Below are positions 60,138 through 64,000 of a stretch of 64,000 bases of DNA, one piece after another; the stretch's first letter is position 1, and every line of letters begins with the position of its first letter. The stretch is from Candidatus Eiseniibacteriota bacterium (GTDB lineage: Bacteria; Eisenbacteria; RBG-16-71-46), in assembly GCA_963744995.1 (NCBI GenBank), contig CAVUWA010000001.1, positions 1 through 64,000 on the forward strand, given 5' to 3'. The translations under genes were made by a program, and so were the position numbers. The notes under the pieces are model-generated. The model worked only from the letters and a program-made list of their open reading frames with translations. It ran no database searches and had not been told where the DNA came from.

Positions 60138-61286
60138 TCAGCCGCGGCCGGTGGCGTCGCGGTAGACGGCCTCGGTGTTCTCGACCACCTTGTCCCACGA
60201 ATAATGGTCGCGCATGTGCTGGCGGGCGAGCGCCTCGAACGACTTCACCCGCGCCGGGTCGTCGAGCAGCATCTGCAGCTTGTCGCGCAGGTCGTTCACG
60301 TCGCGGCTCCTGAAGGGAACCGTACAGCCCTCGGCCACCTCGGTGTTCTCGGGAATGTCCGAGAGCAGCACGCAGCGCCCGTAGGACAGCGCCTCGAGCA
60401 GCGCGATCGACAGACCCTCCATCGTCGAGGGCTGCGCCACCATGTACGCGTTGCTCCACAGCTCCTCGAGCGATTCGCCGAACACGTAGTCGAGCAGCCG
60501 GATCCGGTCGCTCTCGTAGCCGCGCAGCAGCTTCACGTAGTCCTCGGAGAACGACAGCCCGCCCACCAGCGCCAGCTTCATGTCGGTCTTCGCCTGCTGG
60601 AACGCCTCGCACAGGAAGTGAACGCCCTTCTCCGGCACCAGCCGGCCGACGAACAGGACGTACTTCCCGGGCTCGAGGCCGAGCTGCAGGATCTTCCTGG
60701 CCGGGCGCGGCGTCGGCAGTACGGTCCCGTTGGGAATGAAGACCGTCTCGCGGCCCAGCTGTTCCGCGAAGTACTTGCGCAGCGTCTTCGAGACCACGAT
60801 CGTCCGGTTCGGGAAGCGCACCGACGGCCCCTCGCACTTGCGCAGCAGCCACGACGCGGTCTTCCCCCACTTCTCGCGCTGCCAGTCGAGCCCGTGCACC
60901 GTCACCACGGTCTTCGATCCGGTGAGGCGCGGCAGCCCGGCGAACAGCGACGGACCGAGCGCGTGGAAGTGCACGACGTCGAAGCGGCGCAGCATCGCCT
61001 CGGCCGTCGACCAGGCGACGTGGGTCGCGGTGTCCAGGTGTTTGGTGTGCAGGCTCGGACGGCGCAGCAGATGCACGCCGCGGAAGCTCGCGCCGGCCGG
61101 CGTGTAGTAGAGCCGGCAGAACACGCTGACGTCGTGGCCGCGCTGGACAAGACGCCCGGCGATCTCCTCGACGTGCTTCTCGATGCCGCCGTAGGTCGCG
61201 GGCACGCCCTTCTGCCCGATCATCGCGATCCGCAGCGGGCGTCCGCCGGCCGCCGTCGCGCGCCCCGTGTCGTGCACGCCGCTCAT
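60138..61286 (-). CDS. Glycosyltransferase family 4
   Basis: IGQKGVPATYGGIE, FVGRLVPEKG, PSTMEGLSIALLEA, SDIPEN. Confidence 0.92.
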   Translation of the reverse strand: MSGVHDTGRATAAGGRPLRIAMIGQKGVPATYGGIEKHVEEIAGRLVQRGHDVSVFCRLYYTPAGASFRGVHLLRRPSLHTKHLDTATHVAWSTAEAMLRRFDVVHFHALGPSLFAGLPRLTGSKTVVTVHGLDWQREKWGKTASWLLRKCEGPSVRFPNRTIVVSKTLRKYFAEQLGRETVFIPNGTVLPTPRPARKILQLGLEPGKYVLFVGRLVPEKGVHFLCEAFQQAKTDMKLALVGGLSFSEDYVKLLRGYESDRIRLLDYVFGESLEELWSNAYMVAQPSTMEGLSIALLEALSYGRCVLLSDIPENTEVAEGCTVPFRSRDVNDLRDKLQMLLDDPARVKSFEALARQHMRDHYSWDKVVENTEAVYRDATGRG

Positions 61287-62251
61287 CGCGGGGCCGCCTT
61301 CGCGTGGACGTCGGCGCCGCGCAGCAGGCCGAGGATCATCCCCGCGCCGTTCATGGTCCACGTCAGCACCGAGAGCGCGGCGACCCGCACGCTGCGCTTG
61401 CGGAAGGTCATCGCCGCGAGCCCGGACAGGGCGAGCGTCGCCCAGATCGCCAGCGGCCCCGGCCCCGCGCCCAGGACCGCGGCGCTGAGCGCGGCGAGCC
61501 CGGTCGCCCACGCGGCGAGCGTGGCGATGTAGAGCCCCTGGCGCCTGAGCAAGCGGAAGAAGCCCGGGCGGCCGAAGTAGAGTCTCAGCACCTGCCCCTG
61601 GCCGTAGCAGAGCCCGGTGCGCCAGCGGCGTACCAGCTCGGCCAGGCTCGGCCTGGGCGCGCTCCAGTGACGTCCGGCGCGCATGCCGAGCAGCACGAGC
61701 CGCACGCCGTTCAAATGCAGCCGCATGCCGAGCTCGAAGTCCTCCTCGGACTGCAGGCGCGCGTCATAGCCGCCCGCCGCGACGAGGGCGTGGCGGTCGT
61801 AGAGCGCGACCGCCGTCATGTAGTCCACGTCGCGTTCTTCGTAGCCGGTGCGCAGCAGATCCGCCGCACCCGGACGCTCGCCCCGGGCGTCGACGAACCA
61901 TTCTTCGATGCGTCCCCACACCCCGCCGGGCGCTTCGGCCCCGCGCGCGCGGGCGAGCGCCGCGTTCACCCATGCGGCGTCGATCTCGACGTCGGCGTCG
62001 ACGAACAGGACGTGATCGCCGCCCGCGACCGAAAAGCCGAGCATGCGCGCCCCGCCCGGCGTGAGCGGCGTGGTGAGCGGCGGCACGATGACGCTCCAGC
62101 GCGGCGAAAGCACCGGCGGCGGCGCACCCGGCGACGACAGCACCAGTGCGCCCTTCCAGTCTTCGCCCGCGAGCGCCCGCTCGAGTGCGGCCAGCGTGCG
62201 CGGCAGGTACGTCTCCTGGCGATGACAGGGCACCACGACGCCGAGGCTCAC
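61283..62251 (-). CDS. Glycosyltransferase family 2 with C-terminal TM helices
   Basis: VVVPCH, GARMLG, FVDADV (DxD), GGYD..L.SEEDFELG.R. Confidence 0.85.
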   Translation of the reverse strand: MSLGVVVPCHRQETYLPRTLAALERALAGEDWKGALVLSSPGAPPPVLSPRWSVIVPPLTTPLTPGGARMLGFSVAGGDHVLFVDADVEIDAAWVNAALARARGAEAPGGVWGRIEEWFVDARGERPGAADLLRTGYEERDVDYMTAVALYDRHALVAAGGYDARLQSEEDFELGMRLHLNGVRLVLLGMRAGRHWSAPRPSLAELVRRWRTGLCYGQGQVLRLYFGRPGFFRLLRRQGLYIATLAAWATGLAALSAAVLGAGPGPLAIWATLALSGLAAMTFRKRSVRVAALSVLTWTMNGAGMILGLLRGADVHAKAAPR

Positions 62252-63432
62252 GACGTCACCCCCTCGCGCGCACCGGGCGGCACGAACGACGCCAGGCCGA
62301 GGACCTCGTCGTAGACCGCTTCGAAACGCTCGACCACGCGCTTCCAGGTGAAGTCGGTGCGCACCCGCTCGGCCGCCGCGCGCCCCAGTCCTTCGGCCGC
62401 GCGCGGGTGCCGGTGCAGCTGCTCGAGCGCCGTCGCCAGCGCCTCCGGCCGGCCGGGCGGCACCAGCATTCCGCTTACGCCGTCTTCGACGACTTCCGGT
62501 ACGCCGCCGACCGCGCTCGCGATCACCGGGCGCGCGCGCACCATGGCTTCGAGCAGCGTGAGCGGCAGGCCCTCCCAGAGCGACGGCAGCACCACGACGT
62601 CCGCGGCCGCGAGCAGCGGACCCAGCACGTCGAGCTGGCCGAGGAAACGCACGTGGTCCTCGAGGCCGAGCGCGCTCGCGCGCCGCTCGAGGTCGCCACG
62701 CAGCGAGCCGCCACCGGCGAGTGCGAGCACGAAGTCCACGTTGCGCTCGCGCAGCCGGGCGAGCGCCTCGAGCAGTGCGGCGTGGCCCTTCTGCACCTCG
62801 AGGCGCGCGGCGCACACCCAGAGCGGGCGGTCGGGTCGCACGCCGAGCGCCTGACGCGCCTCGCGCGCCGGCGCCGCTTCCGCCTCTTCGTCGGGTGGAT
62901 CGGCGCCGTTGCCGACCACGCGCACCAGTCCGCGGGCGATGCCGTACTCGGCGACCAGGGCGTCCGCGACCGCTCCGCACGCGGCCGTCACCGCGGAGGC
63001 GTCGGCGAGCTCCTGGCGCTTGAGGGCGCGCCCCGGTGGATCGTGGAGCGGTCCGGCGAGATGCTCCGTGACGACCACGTGCGGGACGCCGGCGAACCCG
63101 GCGAGCGCGGCGAGGTAGGGGTCCGAGGCCGCCTGCCCGTGATGGAGATGCAGCAGGCGGGGCTTGAGCGCGCGCAGCCGCCGCCAGGCGGACACGATCC
63201 GTTTCCAGTCCCAGCGCGAGACGATCTCCTCCACCCGGTGCACCGCGACGTCCCGTGCGGCCAGGCCTTCGGCCAGCTCGTCGACGCCGGGATCGGGCGA
63301 CAGCCAGACGTGCACTTCGAACCGCCGTTTCGGCAGGCGGGTCGCGATCTCCCATACGACACGCTCCGCCCCGCCCACGGCGCGGCCGCTCCCGGCGAGG
63401 AGCACCGTCACGCGGTCTTCGCGGGTCCGCAT
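62248..63432 (-). CDS. Glycosyltransferase family 4
   Basis: GGAER, ARLEVQKGH, PSLWEGLPLTLLEAM, SAVGGVPE. Confidence 0.92.
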   Translation of the reverse strand: MRTREDRVTVLLAGSGRAVGGAERVVWEIATRLPKRRFEVHVWLSPDPGVDELAEGLAARDVAVHRVEEIVSRWDWKRIVSAWRRLRALKPRLLHLHHGQAASDPYLAALAGFAGVPHVVVTEHLAGPLHDPPGRALKRQELADASAVTAACGAVADALVAEYGIARGLVRVVGNGADPPDEEAEAAPAREARQALGVRPDRPLWVCAARLEVQKGHAALLEALARLRERNVDFVLALAGGGSLRGDLERRASALGLEDHVRFLGQLDVLGPLLAAADVVVLPSLWEGLPLTLLEAMVRARPVIASAVGGVPEVVEDGVSGMLVPPGRPEALATALEQLHRHPRAAEGLGRAAAERVRTDFTWKRVVERFEAVYDEVLGLASFVPPGAREGVTS

Positions 63433-64000
63433 AACACGTCGTACGCGCGCAGCAGCTCGCCCGCGCTGTACTCCCAGGCCATCTGTTCGAGGAAACGCTT
63501 CCGGTTGTAGTCGCCCATGCGGCGGCGGCGCGCGGGGTCGTCGAGCAGCACGCCGATCTGGCGGGCGAGGTCGGCTTCGTCGTTCGGTTTCGCGTACAGG
63601 GCACCGTCGCCCGCCGAGTAGCGGTGCTCGCGCAGGTCGTAGGCGACGATCGGTCGCGCGCATGCCATGTATTCGAGGATCTTGTTCATGGTCGAGAGGT
63701 CGTTGAGCGGGTTCAGCGGATCCGGGCACACGCAGACGTCGGCAGTGGCGAGGATCCGTTCGACCTCCTCGTCGGGCACGCGCCCGGTGAATTCGACGTA
63801 CGGCTCGAGCCCGAGCTCGGCCGTGAGCGCCCTGAGCTCGTCGAACGAATCGCCCGCGCCCACCAGCGTGAATCCCACGTCCTCGCGGCCCGCCTCCTTC
63901 ACGAGGTGGTGGGCCGCGCGCAGCAGGTGATCCACGCCGTCCTGCGGCGCCATCACCCCCAGATAGGCGACCAGGTAGCGGCGCCCGCGCTTGAGCGCTT
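63408..64000 (-). CDS. Glycosyltransferase family 4, 5' end outside the window
   Basis: YLGVMAPQDG, FTGRVP, STMNKILEYMA..P.V.YDL.E. Confidence 0.9.
   Translation of the reverse strand, partial: ALKRGRRYLVAYLGVMAPQDGVDHLLRAAHHLVKEAGREDVGFTLVGAGDSFDELRALTAELGLEPYVEFTGRVPDEEVERILATADVCVCPDPLNPLNDLSTMNKILEYMACARPIVAYDLREHRYSAGDGALYAKPNDEADLARQIGVLLDDPARRRRMGDYNRKRFLEQMAWEYSAGELLRAYDVLCGPAKTA

Overview
Very GC-rich, gene-dense bacterial chromosomal segment. Secreted enzymes ending in an FlgD-Ig/T9SS-like C-terminal domain and several Bacteroidota-like families suggest an FCB-related lineage such as Ca. Eisenbacteria; this is an inference. The window holds about 52 CDS and one tRNA-Gly(GCC), with no CRISPR array, integrase or IS. 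Main blocks: (i) HIT protein, membrane SpeE-like protein, and a lipoprotein S1 protease followed by a stand-alone copy of its own pro-domain. (ii) A partly lower-GC minus-strand block (9.9-22.7 kb) with an exported protein, TolC-MFP-RND, an OmpR-type two-component pair, a GT-C transferase, a PIG-L deacetylase, a beta-barrel and PAP2. It is headed by an 11-bp-period direct repeat and carries every frameshift I noticed. (iii) Secreted PIG-L enzyme, small membrane protein and Na+:solute symporter. (iv) MacAB-type ABC exporter. (v) A 5'-truncated transporter-HEAT gene abutting a Ser/Thr kinase. (vi) An AcoR-type sigma54 activator whose divergent sigma54-like promoter seems to drive a non-coding transcript. 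(vii) cfa, acyl-ACP desaturase and fabF. (viii) tRNA-Gly, variant folE and a CxxC-less TrxB-like flavoprotein. (ix) Aspartokinase with an internal beta-subunit start. (x) A glycosyltransferase/manC/SPOR/GlmU-like/galT/glgA run. Exported proteins appear enriched in the D-(S/T)-(A/V/L/I/T/M) O-glycosylation sequon. All calls come from motif recognition by eye; no database searches were run.
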